Shown here in pieces: positions 1 to 7,661 of a DNA stretch of 36,622 nt (positions within the stretch are counted from its first letter, which is position 1; the number at the start of each line of letters is the position of its first letter). Source of the stretch: a virus (lineage: Duplodnaviria > Heunggongvirae > Uroviricota > Caudoviricetes). Both the position numbers and the translations under genes were made by a program. A model generated the notes under the pieces. The model did not search any database, had not been told where the DNA came from, and saw nothing but the letters and a program-made list of their open reading frames with translations. The DNA lies in the IMG/VR virus record IMGVR_UViG_2531839531_000013, positions 1 to 36,622 of that record, one strand, 5' to 3'.

Positions 1-39
1 ATGGCGCTCATAAATCTGGTATACTTACCTTTACACATT

Positions 40-402
40 GGGGCTGATTCTGGATTCGACGGGATTTGCGAAACCCAAGGTGCATGCCGAGGGGCGGTTG
101 GCCTCGTAAAAAGCCGCAAAAAATAGTCGCAAACGACGAAAACTACGCTTTAGCAGCTTAATAACCTGCTTAGAGCCCTCTCTCCCTAGCCTCCGCTCTT
201 AGGACGGGGATCAAGAGAGGTCAAACCCAAAAGAGATCGCGTGGAAGCCCTGCCTGGGGTTGAAGCGTTAAAACTTAATCAGGCTAGTTTGTTAGTGGCG
301 TGTCCGTCCGCAGCTGGCAAGCGAATGTAAAGACTGACTAAGCATGTAGTACCGAGGATGTAGGAATTTCGGACGCGGGTTCAACTCCCGCCAGCTCCAC
401 CA
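40..402 (+). ncRNA. ssrA: tmRNA (SsrA), complete 363 nt
   Basis: Begins GGGGCTGATTCTGGATTCGAC and ends GGTTCAACTCCCGCCAGCTCCACCA (tRNA-Ala-like acceptor and T arm). Internal tag ORF GCAAACGACGAAAACTACGCTTTAGCAGCTTAA = ANDENYALAA* at 129-161. Recognised as the E. coli-type ssrA. Confidence 0.97.
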
Positions 403-404
403 AA
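358..404. repeat. attL core: 47-bp direct repeat formed by the ssrA 3' end
   Basis: atgtaggaatttcggacgcgggttcaactcccgccagctccaccaaa is identical to 35131-35177. The flanking bases differ on both sides (g/t upstream, t/a downstream). Confidence 0.92.
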
Positions 405-410
405 TAAATC

Positions 411-441
411 AAGGGGTTACGTGAAAGCGTAGCCCTTTTTT
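411..441 (+). terminator. Phage-supplied replacement terminator for ssrA (possibly bidirectional, also closing the RT gene)
   Basis: Hairpin GGGTTACG-tgaaag-CGTAGCCC (414-435) followed by TTTTTT (436-441), 9 nt after the tmRNA CCA end. On the minus strand the same hairpin is followed by gatttattt. Confidence 0.6.
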
Positions 442-450
442 CTTTAGTAG

Positions 451-469
451 TGGCGGCAAAATGGCGGCA
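451..469 (+). repeat. Putative Int arm-type binding sites (TGGCGGCA x2, 11-bp phasing)
   Basis: tggcggca at 451-458 and 462-469. The same octamer, in the same orientation and with the same 11-bp phasing, recurs next to the other att copy (35018-35036). Confidence 0.4.
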
Positions 470-510
470 GACATTCAGTCAAGCCCAGTTGCTACTACAT
501 GCGATCGCAA

Positions 511-1284
511 TTACAACTTAAAGAGTTTCGCTTGCCCTGGATTAACAGCTTCGACGTAGTTTTTGACCCCTATTCTGTGCGGCTCATAATTGCTTGAATA
601 GAAATCAATCAGGAAGTCACTCATTTTCTGAGATGTGACTTTCATAACTCCCTTACTCAAAGTTAAATTAAACACGCTAATCTTTGACGATGGTGCCTGA
701 GTTTTACTCATGTTGGCTTGATAACCAGATTTACGCATTGCCACTAGTGCTTCGTCGTAAGCCGCTTGTAATTGGGCCAAATCGTTTGACGAGATGATCA
801 CATCATCCATAAACACACTTAGCTTGAGATCATGATGTTTGTTCAATCGGCGTAGTAAGCTACCAAAATAACTTTTATCTAAGCAGAGGGTTGCAAGTAT
901 TGGAGATTGAACAAAACCAAAAGGGAGGACATGCTTATGTGGACTATGGGACAAGTTTCTTACAGTTGAAAATGTTGAGATTTCCCGCGCTTGAGAATAG
1001 GTGAAGTAGCTCTTTAGATCACGGGTGATACGACTACGGCTCGTTGACTGAAAAAATTGTTTAATATCAACAACGGCAAAAAAATCACTTTTTAAGTGTA
1101 ATCTGGCAGCTTTAAGATGCCCACCAGTTCTTAGATGGTAAAAATAGAGTGGCGGAATCCACTTGTTTCTGACATCCTGAAGTATCTTCCCTCCGACTTT
1201 ACGTGCCTCAACGCTTGGGACATAAACCCAAACCCCGGGCTTAATCTCAAATTTATCTTCCCACCTTTGAACTTCTATTGTCAT
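511..1284 (-). CDS. Compact reverse transcriptase-like protein (257 aa), cargo
   Basis: RT palm motifs occur in the correct order: FFAVVDIKQFFQS (motif A, Asp73), LPFGFVQSPILATL (motif B'), and FMDD (motif C, residues 158-161, codons 802-813). There is a retron-like AARLH just upstream of motif A. ATG at 1282-1284, with no own SD; the start lies inside the upstream ORF. Confidence 0.8.
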   Translation of the reverse strand: MTIEVQRWEDKFEIKPGVWVYVPSVEARKVGGKILQDVRNKWIPPLYFYHLRTGGHLKAARLHLKSDFFAVVDIKQFFQSTSRSRITRDLKSYFTYSQAREISTFSTVRNLSHSPHKHVLPFGFVQSPILATLCLDKSYFGSLLRRLNKHHDLKLSVFMDDVIISSNDLAQLQAAYDEALVAMRKSGYQANMSKTQAPSSKISVFNLTLSKGVMKVTSQKMSDFLIDFYSSNYEPHRIGVKNYVEAVNPGQAKLFKL

Positions 1285-1426
1285 GAGTTAAATTGTTGTA
1301 GTTGAAGGCCATGTTAAGAACGGCGTAAACCGCACCAACTAAGCCAACAAACGCGGTTGCGCATTTGAGCATAGCGGTGATCAGTTCAACACGCGCCTTA
1401 ACTAAGCCAAGTTCGTTTGTATCCAT
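1253..1426 (-). CDS. Small predicted membrane protein (57 aa from the second ATG), overlapping the RT start by 32 nt
   Basis: GGAGGA (1434-1439) lies 7 nt upstream of ATG 1426. Product MDTNELGLVKARVELITAMLKCATAFVGLVGAVYAVLNMAFNYNNLTHDNRSSKVGR has one hydrophobic helix (about ITAML...LNMAF) and a polar, basic tail. Confidence 0.45.
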   Translation of the reverse strand: MDTNELGLVKARVELITAMLKCATAFVGLVGAVYAVLNMAFNYNNLTHDNRSSKVGR

Positions 1427-1446
1427 AACTTGTTCCTCCATAGATA

Positions 1447-1623
1447 CCTGACGTCTCTTAGCGCAAGCGCATGGCCCTAACTAAATAAAAAATAACAACC
1501 AGTTAGCCCAGAAAGCTTAACAAGTCGGCGTCCGATTACATGGCAATCAGGTAATCGGTCCGCAGTCGCAAAGCGACAAACTACATATCTACGGAGTGGG
1601 GATAAATCCCCGCTAACGTCAGG
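1447..1623 (-). ncRNA. Candidate structured non-coding RNA upstream of the RT module
   Basis: On the minus strand, CCUGACGU+UAGCG (1623-1611) pairs with CGCUA-agag-ACGUCAGG (1463-1447). This helix encloses hairpins at 1598-1611 (GGGGA/UCCCC), 1565-1577 (GUCGC/GCGAC), 1532-1558 (CCGAUUAC/GUAAUCGG) and 1477-1506 (CUAACU/AGUUAG with an 18-nt U-rich loop). Confidence 0.4.
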
Positions 1624-1687
1624 CATTGTTAATTTAACCTCAACTTATAGAAAAGTATAGTTTTAAATCATGTAGTTATGTCGCCAT

Positions 1688-1906
1688 TTAAATCGGCAAA
1701 CCCACCTGTTTAAATTTATGAGGATGCGGCTGAACCGGATTTGACTCTTTTGGCGTTGCAATCGAACGAACAAAAGTTTCATGGGTAACAAAAGTATGGC
1801 TGCAGTTAATGTTCTGGCACTGGTTGTAACGCTCTTTGGTCAATGAAGATACCTGAAAACTGCTGCGAGTATGGGCGGCACTTCCACACAGTGGGCAAAT
1901 CATCAT
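1688..1906 (-). CDS. ogr: Ogr/B-family zinc-finger late transcription activator
   Basis: MMICPLCGSAAHTRSS...ERYNQCQNINCSHTF is the CxxC...CxxxxC pattern and ~72-aa size of P2 Ogr / 186 B. The start is taken at the internal Met doublet rather than the ORF-track start 1939. Confidence 0.85.
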   Translation of the reverse strand: MMICPLCGSAAHTRSSFQVSSLTKERYNQCQNINCSHTFVTHETFVRSIATPKESNPVQPHPHKFKQVGLPI

Positions 1907-1996
1907 TTTTCGAGTTCTCCCCATTTTTGCTAAATTCACAATAATGATATCGCATTATTCCATTTTTCAAACTTAAAAGTTCTCCATTGTGAAGAA

Positions 1997-3097
1997 TCAT
2001 TCCATTTCGAGATCATCAACCTTCACTTCAAGCTCAAGACTGGTCGTAAAACCATTATCCGGGCTGACGGTATGTGTCAGAGTCGTAATGGTCCATTCCG
2101 CATCATCTATCGGCTGTTTAAAGCCACTGACTTTCACTGGCATTTCCGTGTAGAGATCTGCCCGCCCTTCCGCCAGTTGTAGCGAGAATGACGCAACGCC
2201 GCGTTGCAGGCGTTCCCACTGCATTTTCGCTGCCCGTTCAGCGTTGCTCCGGTTGGCATAAGTGCGATTAAGTACCAGCACGTTTTCATCCGTACCCACC
2301 AGGTAATCGCCCTGCTTCGCTTCCAGCTCTTTCTTCTGCTTCTTAGTCCTGCGCTTACGCTTCACCGTGGTGCTTTCTTTCTTCGCGGGTTCGCGGGTAT
2401 GCAACCAGCTGGCAATTATGCCCGTATAGGCTCCGCGATCTGCCAGGGTAAAGCGGTGACTGTCGCCGTCCTTACGTGTGATAGTGATCACCGGCAGTGG
2501 TTTACCGCTGGCACTTTTGCCCTGTCCCTGCCGGATGAATAACAGATTGCCATTTTTCACCGACGCAATAGCACCGTACTGGCGCGCCAGCCGCATCAGA
2601 AAACTACCGTCACTCTCATTAGTCTGGTCTATATGCTCCACGAGCTTATCCGACAGGTCTTTACCCAGTACCATCTTCAGCTTGTGCCGCGCGGCTATCT
2701 CCTTCACCACTTCCCCAATGGTGGTCTTGTGCCACGATTTTTCACGGCGGGTATTCAGCGTTTCCCGAAAATCAGCACTTCGCGCCCGGATAGTCAGGCG
2801 GTCCGGTGCGCCAGTGTGTTCAATCTCGTCCACCGTGAATGCCCCTTTCGGGAAAAGCGGCTGCCCCTTCCAGCCCAGCGCCAGCGTAATGACCGCACCA
2901 CGGCGCGGCAGCACGATTTTCCCGTCGGCATCGTCCAGCTCCAGATCAAGCTGGTCTGCTTCAAAGCCCCGATTGTCCGTCAGAGTCAGACTCATCAGGC
3001 GGTTATCCAGCACAGTGGTGATATCCCTGCCCTCAATACTGATGCTGAATGCCGGAGTTTTGTTGCTTTTGTTAAGCAGTTCAGAGCTGAAATTCAC
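1997..3097 (-). CDS. D: Tail protein gpD
   Basis: 366 aa. Sits in the P2 gpD position downstream of U and upstream of ogr. The start overlaps the U stop. Confidence 0.88.
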   Translation of the reverse strand: MNFSSELLNKSNKTPAFSISIEGRDITTVLDNRLMSLTLTDNRGFEADQLDLELDDADGKIVLPRRGAVITLALGWKGQPLFPKGAFTVDEIEHTGAPDRLTIRARSADFRETLNTRREKSWHKTTIGEVVKEIAARHKLKMVLGKDLSDKLVEHIDQTNESDGSFLMRLARQYGAIASVKNGNLLFIRQGQGKSASGKPLPVITITRKDGDSHRFTLADRGAYTGIIASWLHTREPAKKESTTVKRKRRTKKQKKELEAKQGDYLVGTDENVLVLNRTYANRSNAERAAKMQWERLQRGVASFSLQLAEGRADLYTEMPVKVSGFKQPIDDAEWTITTLTHTVSPDNGFTTSLELEVKVDDLEME

Positions 3098-3579
3098 GAC
3101 AGCAGCCCTCCCACCGTTTTACTGATATCGCTTAAGGTAGACGTTGCCGTTTCCTGCAGATTATTCAGTTGCGCACTGAGATCACCGAACATATCGGACA
3201 GGGATTCATCCACCCGTTTGAGCGACAGGGTGAACTCAATCCGGCGCGGCATACCGTCGCGGAAAAACTCCGTTTTAGTCTGATTCAGTCCCTCAATCAC
3301 ATACATGCCATAAATCGTGCCGCTGCCTTCAATCAGGGGCCATGCTTTCCCCTGTTCTGCCATCTGCTCCAGTGCCAGCAACGACAGCCTGCCACCTGTT
3401 ATCTCCGGCATAAGAACACCGGAAAGCGTCAGCATGTCGTTGTCCGGTCCCAGAAACTGCGTGGACGGACGTCGGTTTACCCGGCTGTTTGCCGCATGTC
3501 GCCAGCTGCGTTGATACTGCAGCTCCTGATACGGCACGGTGCGCAGCATAAACACGTACAATCCCAGCACCATCATCAT
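3094..3579 (-). CDS. U: Tail protein gpU
   Basis: 161 aa, translationally coupled between T and D as in P2. Confidence 0.88.
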   Translation of the reverse strand: MMMVLGLYVFMLRTVPYQELQYQRSWRHAANSRVNRRPSTQFLGPDNDMLTLSGVLMPEITGGRLSLLALEQMAEQGKAWPLIEGSGTIYGMYVIEGLNQTKTEFFRDGMPRRIEFTLSLKRVDESLSDMFGDLSAQLNNLQETATSTLSDISKTVGGLLS

Positions 3580-6500
3580 GCGTCGTATCCCCCCTGATCG
3601 CTGTAGTTACTCCTGGCTTTTGCCTTCAGCCTGCGTTCACGTTCATCAAGCTGGCGGGCCACCTCCCGCGCAATATCCTGCGCACTTTGTCCTGGCTGCG
3701 TCTGAATGATGATCTGCATCGGTGCCTCAATCCGTTGAACGGGCGGCACAGTGGCTGCACGACTCACCATCGCTTCGCCGCCTTTCGCGGGAAGTGCCAA
3801 AGGGTGCAACGGTGGAAGCTCTGCAGGCGCGGCAGCAACGCCCATCATTCCGGCAACAACGGCAGCCAGTGCAGCTGTATTTCTCCGGCTGGTCACATTT
3901 GCCGGGCCGTTAACAATTTCCGGCCCGTTTTCACCGACGATGCCAAACTGCCCGCGCGGGATATAGCCGCCGCTGTCATACATCCCCGCAAAGCCATATC
4001 CCCATGACGGAAAACCACCCGATGGCATCATCACTTTACCGTCTGCATTCACCGTCGCAGGTTGCTGACGCGTCACGCTTTCCGGCAGTTTCGCCTTTGC
4101 AGCCTCTTTACTGACAATGCCGAGTTTATCCAGCAACCAGGAAACGCCAGATTTCAGGGAGTCCAGCGGATGCATAACCATATTCAGCCCTTCCGCCAGT
4201 GCCTCCCCGAATCGTCGCCCCATTGCCGCTGCGCTCTGCAGTTCGGCAGAAGTCGACTTAACGGGCGTCAGCAGATCAGTAAACCAGCCCCACAGCGCCT
4301 GCACTTTGTCACCAATCCACTGGAACACAGGCTTAAGCGGTTCGAACGCTGCACTGATGGGACCTGCCGCCGCTTTGAATCCTTCCACCACGCCACCGAG
4401 AAATGCGGTGATGGGTTGCCAGTATTTCCAGACAACCAGTGCCACACCCGCCAGTGCAGTAACCACAAGACCTATCGGACTGAGCAGAGCACCTAACAGA
4501 CCAGATACGGTATACAGGGCAACGCGCAACATCGCCAGTGGACCAGATGCCAGTACTCGCAGCACCGTGCCTGCGGCAGCCAGCCCGCCGCGTAGTGCTG
4601 CCAGTGGATTCATAAACATCACAGCAACCGCACGTAAACCGGATAATCCAGACCGCAAAAGTGCAACCGGCGCACCTGCTACAGTTTTCAGGACATTTCC
4701 CGTCAGTGATGCCGTGCGGCGCAAAGACGACAACGGCGCAGTAAGTAAACCTGCGGCGTTGCCCGATGAAGCAAGCCCGCGTCGCAGCAGTGCCAGTGGT
4801 GCGCCAGCCAACCAGGACAACGCGCTGCTGGTTCGAGTTACTGCTGCCGTAACGGAAGATAACGTTTTGATACCCAACACAGAGAATCCCAGACGGATCA
4901 CTGCCAGCGGCCCCAGCACTGCAGCCAGCGCCACCGCTAAGGTGCCGAGGCCGACGGTAACCGCAGCCACAACAGCCGATGCTTTCATCAGTGTGCCTGT
5001 CAGTTCCGGGTTAGCTTCCACCCAGCGACGCAACGCCCCCGTGACGCTTTTCACCGTGTACAGAATATCCATCAGCGGCTGGCGCAGCGTTTCGCCCAGG
5101 CTGCTGAAGGTGTTCTGCGCTCCGGTTTTGACCAGCAACCACTGCGCAGAAAGTGAATCCTTGTTAATGTCGGATTCTTTCTGCATGGAGCCAAGCGCAT
5201 CATTGCCCGCTGTCAGTTTTAACTGACGCTGCAGTTCCGGCAGGTTGTTTGCCAGTTTCGCCGCGTCATCGCCAAACTCTTTACCAAACAACATAGTCAT
5301 GGCAGACAGGCGCTTGTCCTGCGGCAGCGCGTTTACCTTCTCCAGCACGCGCTGGATGGTTCCCATCGCATCCTTCGTCATCTGCTTTTCAATCACTTCA
5401 GGATTGAGTTTCAGCAGATTCATCCCTTCAAAGAAACTCTTGCTTTGCATGGTGGCAATGGACAATTCACGCACCATCGCGTTTGCTGCACTGGCTGCAA
5501 CCTCTGGCGCAGCGCCCAGTGTCAGGAAGGTGGAACCCAGCGCCGCCGCTTTACGATAATCCAGACGGTCAGCCACACCGCCCAGACGTTGCATCACATC
5601 AATGATGTCTGCCCCTTTCGACATGGCGTTATCATCCAGATAGTTCAGCGCATCACCGAGCTGTTCAATATTGCGGGTGGGGATTTTGTAGAGCTGGGCG
5701 ATTTTCCCCAGACTTTCTGACAGTTCATCCGCTGGCAGCTCAAAGGCTGTTGCCGCCTTTGCTGCCGTACTGGCGAAGGCCAGCAGGTCACGTTTCTGAT
5801 CTTCCCAGCTGTCGTCAGGGTTTGCGACGTTCATGCGCGCACCACCTTCAACCAGTGCAGCGAAGTCCACCGCACCGTTTTCCATCGGCAACTGTTCGCT
5901 GGCAGCCTTGATGGCATCCTGCATTTCATAAAAACGTGCAGTGCGGTTGCCATTATCGTCACGCAGACCATTGACCTGCTTTGCCACACCTTTCATGGCA
6001 TCTTCCATGCTGGTATAGCTTTTTACTGCCGCCATCACTGGCGCACCCATTGCCAGCCCTGCAGCCGTGGTGGTGGCTCCGGCACCTGCAATACGATCAC
6101 GCACCTCCAGCGAACGGGCATAACTGGCACGCGCTGCATTCATCCTGCGCTGAGCTTCCCCCAGTCGCTTCAGCCGCGCCTCCTGTTTCGAAAGTTCCTG
6201 GTTATAACGTGATGTTTCACGGGCTAAACGGGCAGTTGCTCCCGCATCGTCTTTCGCAGAAATTCCCGCCCGGTACAGTTCAGCACGCACAAGCGCCGTC
6301 TGCTGCTGCAGCTTTTTCTGGCGTTCTTCCAGGCGCTGAACAGCCAGCCGTTGACGGCCCAGAGCAACAACCTGACGTTGCGAAGGCGGCCCCATCGCTC
6401 CCAGTTCCTGACTGAGCAAATTTGCACGCTGGCGGGCATAGTTCAGCCTGTCGCCTAATTTCTGATTTTCTGCCTGCAGCTTTCGGAAGCTGTCCAGACT

Positions 6501-6653
6501 GCTCCCGGCCTGATCAAGCTGCTTTATTGCATCGCGGGATTTTTTGACAGCAGCAGCCAGTTCTCTTGAACTGGCCTGCGCAGATCGAAATGGGCGGGTG
6601 AGCTTGTCAACCGCATTAAGAATGACCTGCAGACGCAGGTTGTTATCACTCAT
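3576..6653 (-). CDS. T: Tail tape measure protein gpT
   Basis: 1025 aa with an N-terminal coiled coil, a central Ala/Gly/Leu-rich repetitive hydrophobic region, and position after E/E+E'. Confidence 0.9.
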   Translation of the reverse strand: MSDNNLRLQVILNAVDKLTRPFRSAQASSRELAAAVKKSRDAIKQLDQAGSSLDSFRKLQAENQKLGDRLNYARQRANLLSQELGAMGPPSQRQVVALGRQRLAVQRLEERQKKLQQQTALVRAELYRAGISAKDDAGATARLARETSRYNQELSKQEARLKRLGEAQRRMNAARASYARSLEVRDRIAGAGATTTAAGLAMGAPVMAAVKSYTSMEDAMKGVAKQVNGLRDDNGNRTARFYEMQDAIKAASEQLPMENGAVDFAALVEGGARMNVANPDDSWEDQKRDLLAFASTAAKAATAFELPADELSESLGKIAQLYKIPTRNIEQLGDALNYLDDNAMSKGADIIDVMQRLGGVADRLDYRKAAALGSTFLTLGAAPEVAASAANAMVRELSIATMQSKSFFEGMNLLKLNPEVIEKQMTKDAMGTIQRVLEKVNALPQDKRLSAMTMLFGKEFGDDAAKLANNLPELQRQLKLTAGNDALGSMQKESDINKDSLSAQWLLVKTGAQNTFSSLGETLRQPLMDILYTVKSVTGALRRWVEANPELTGTLMKASAVVAAVTVGLGTLAVALAAVLGPLAVIRLGFSVLGIKTLSSVTAAVTRTSSALSWLAGAPLALLRRGLASSGNAAGLLTAPLSSLRRTASLTGNVLKTVAGAPVALLRSGLSGLRAVAVMFMNPLAALRGGLAAAGTVLRVLASGPLAMLRVALYTVSGLLGALLSPIGLVVTALAGVALVVWKYWQPITAFLGGVVEGFKAAAGPISAAFEPLKPVFQWIGDKVQALWGWFTDLLTPVKSTSAELQSAAAMGRRFGEALAEGLNMVMHPLDSLKSGVSWLLDKLGIVSKEAAKAKLPESVTRQQPATVNADGKVMMPSGGFPSWGYGFAGMYDSGGYIPRGQFGIVGENGPEIVNGPANVTSRRNTAALAAVVAGMMGVAAAPAELPPLHPLALPAKGGEAMVSRAATVPPVQRIEAPMQIIIQTQPGQSAQDIAREVARQLDERERRLKAKARSNYSDQGGYDA

Positions 6654-7082
6654 CGTTGGCCCCGCTTCTCTGAATCGCTTTATACCGCCATTCCAGCACT
6701 TCGGTCAGCGGCATAACGTCAGTAACGGATGGCGGCCAGTGAAAAATGGTGGCGATATCTGCCACCAGATCGTCAACCGTCAGGCTGTCGGTAAACCGGC
6801 AAGCACCGACTTCTTCAACAAAAAAGTGACAACCTCAACCGACATGGCAGTGAGATCTGCCGGGTCCATCTCTGCAATTTCCTGTGCAGTCAGTGCCGGA
6901 CTGGAGATGCGGGGGATCACGGTCATCATCGCGTTTACATCCATATCCATAATGGCCTGCAGGCGTGTACCGCGCAGCGCACCGGACTGCGGTTTACGCA
7001 GCACAATTTCGGTGATTTCTGTTTTACCGCGCTTGATGGGGGTATCCAGTTGAATGGTCTTTTCAGTCTGCTTATCGCTCAT
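6646..7082 (-). CDS. Tail chaperone E+E' (-1 programmed frameshift product)
   Basis: Slippery T TTT TTG lies on the minus strand at 6825-6819 within codons ACT TTT TTG. The -1 frame stays open for 57 codons (VEEVGACRFTDSL...RSGANDE). It ends at TGA 6648-6646, overlapping the T start ATG at 6653. Confidence 0.7.
6780..7082 (-). CDS. E: Tail assembly chaperone gpE
   Basis: 100 aa, located between FII and T. Contains the slippery site for E+E'. Confidence 0.85.
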   Translation of the reverse strand: MSDKQTEKTIQLDTPIKRGKTEITEIVLRKPQSGALRGTRLQAIMDMDVNAMMTVIPRISSPALTAQEIAEMDPADLTAMSVEVVTFLLKKSVLAGLPTA

Positions 7083-7136
7083 TTTGCTGTCCTGTCAATT
7101 GGGTTCTGGCGCGGTATCCCGCGCCGTTCAGATATA

Positions 7137-7652
7137 TCAGAGGCCGAGGGCGTTGCGGTGCGCTTCCATCAGGTCCACACCGTCCACAATTTCCACCATG
7201 TTGATAAGGTCCACTTCATAGAGCACCTCACCATTGATGGTCAGCTTCGCGTAGCTGTTGGTACTGGTCACTTTGGTGGTGTTGCTTTCGCCCGTCTTCC
7301 ACTCGCCGGAATCCACTTCTTTGTGACGTCCACGCACGACAAGCTCCACGGCCTGCACTTCCCCGGTATCGTCACGCTGAATAGAGCCGGTAAAGCGCAG
7401 CTGGATGCCATCCACCGTGGCTTTACCCATCTGTTTAAACAGCAGCAATTCAGTACCACCAATGGAAAATTCTGTGTCCAGCGCACTGTCATCAAGCCCC
7501 AGATCCACATCCACCGCACCCGGCATTCCGCCGCCGCGATACTTCTCATATTTGCGGGTAAATTTCGGCAGCGTCAGCGACTCAACGATCCCCTGCCAGT
7601 TGTTCCCGTCGTTAAACAGGTTCAGGTGTTTTAATTTGCGTGGTAATGCCAT
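7137..7652 (-). CDS. FII: Tail tube protein gpFII
   Basis: 171 aa, immediately downstream of the sheath gene, in P2 order. Confidence 0.9.
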   Translation of the reverse strand: MALPRKLKHLNLFNDGNNWQGIVESLTLPKFTRKYEKYRGGGMPGAVDVDLGLDDSALDTEFSIGGTELLLFKQMGKATVDGIQLRFTGSIQRDDTGEVQAVELVVRGRHKEVDSGEWKTGESNTTKVTSTNSYAKLTINGEVLYEVDLINMVEIVDGVDLMEAHRNALGL

Positions 7653-7661
7653 GTTGTCCCC

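Noticed and set aside
1447-1623. DRT2-style rolling-circle template that would encode a stop-free (endless) ORF.
   Set aside because: On the cDNA-sense (plus) strand, ctaactaaataaaaaataac (1477-1496) places TAA in all three frames. On the RNA sense, every frame has at least one stop. No stop-free circular frame therefore spans the whole enclosed unit, though a shorter sub-template cannot be excluded.
1477-1626. 49-codon ORF (MPDVSGDLSPLRRYVVCRF...) inside the structured leader of the RT module.
   Set aside because: It is not rejected outright. It has only a weak, distant SD (GAGG 10 nt upstream), and it coincides with four helices plus a closing helix, so I favour an RNA function. Conservation analysis is needed to decide.
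1806-2000. 64-aa ORF overlapping ogr in another frame.
   Set aside because: It overlaps the recognisable Ogr/B zinc-finger gene and the D stop, and it has no SD.
4117-5226. 369-aa ORF on the plus strand, along with many other plus-strand ORFs between 2204 and 20268.
   Set aside because: They lie antisense to well-supported tail, head and baseplate genes in GC-rich DNA. They give low-complexity Ala/Ser/Pro/Arg-rich translations, have no SD and show no synteny logic. These are typical shadow ORFs.
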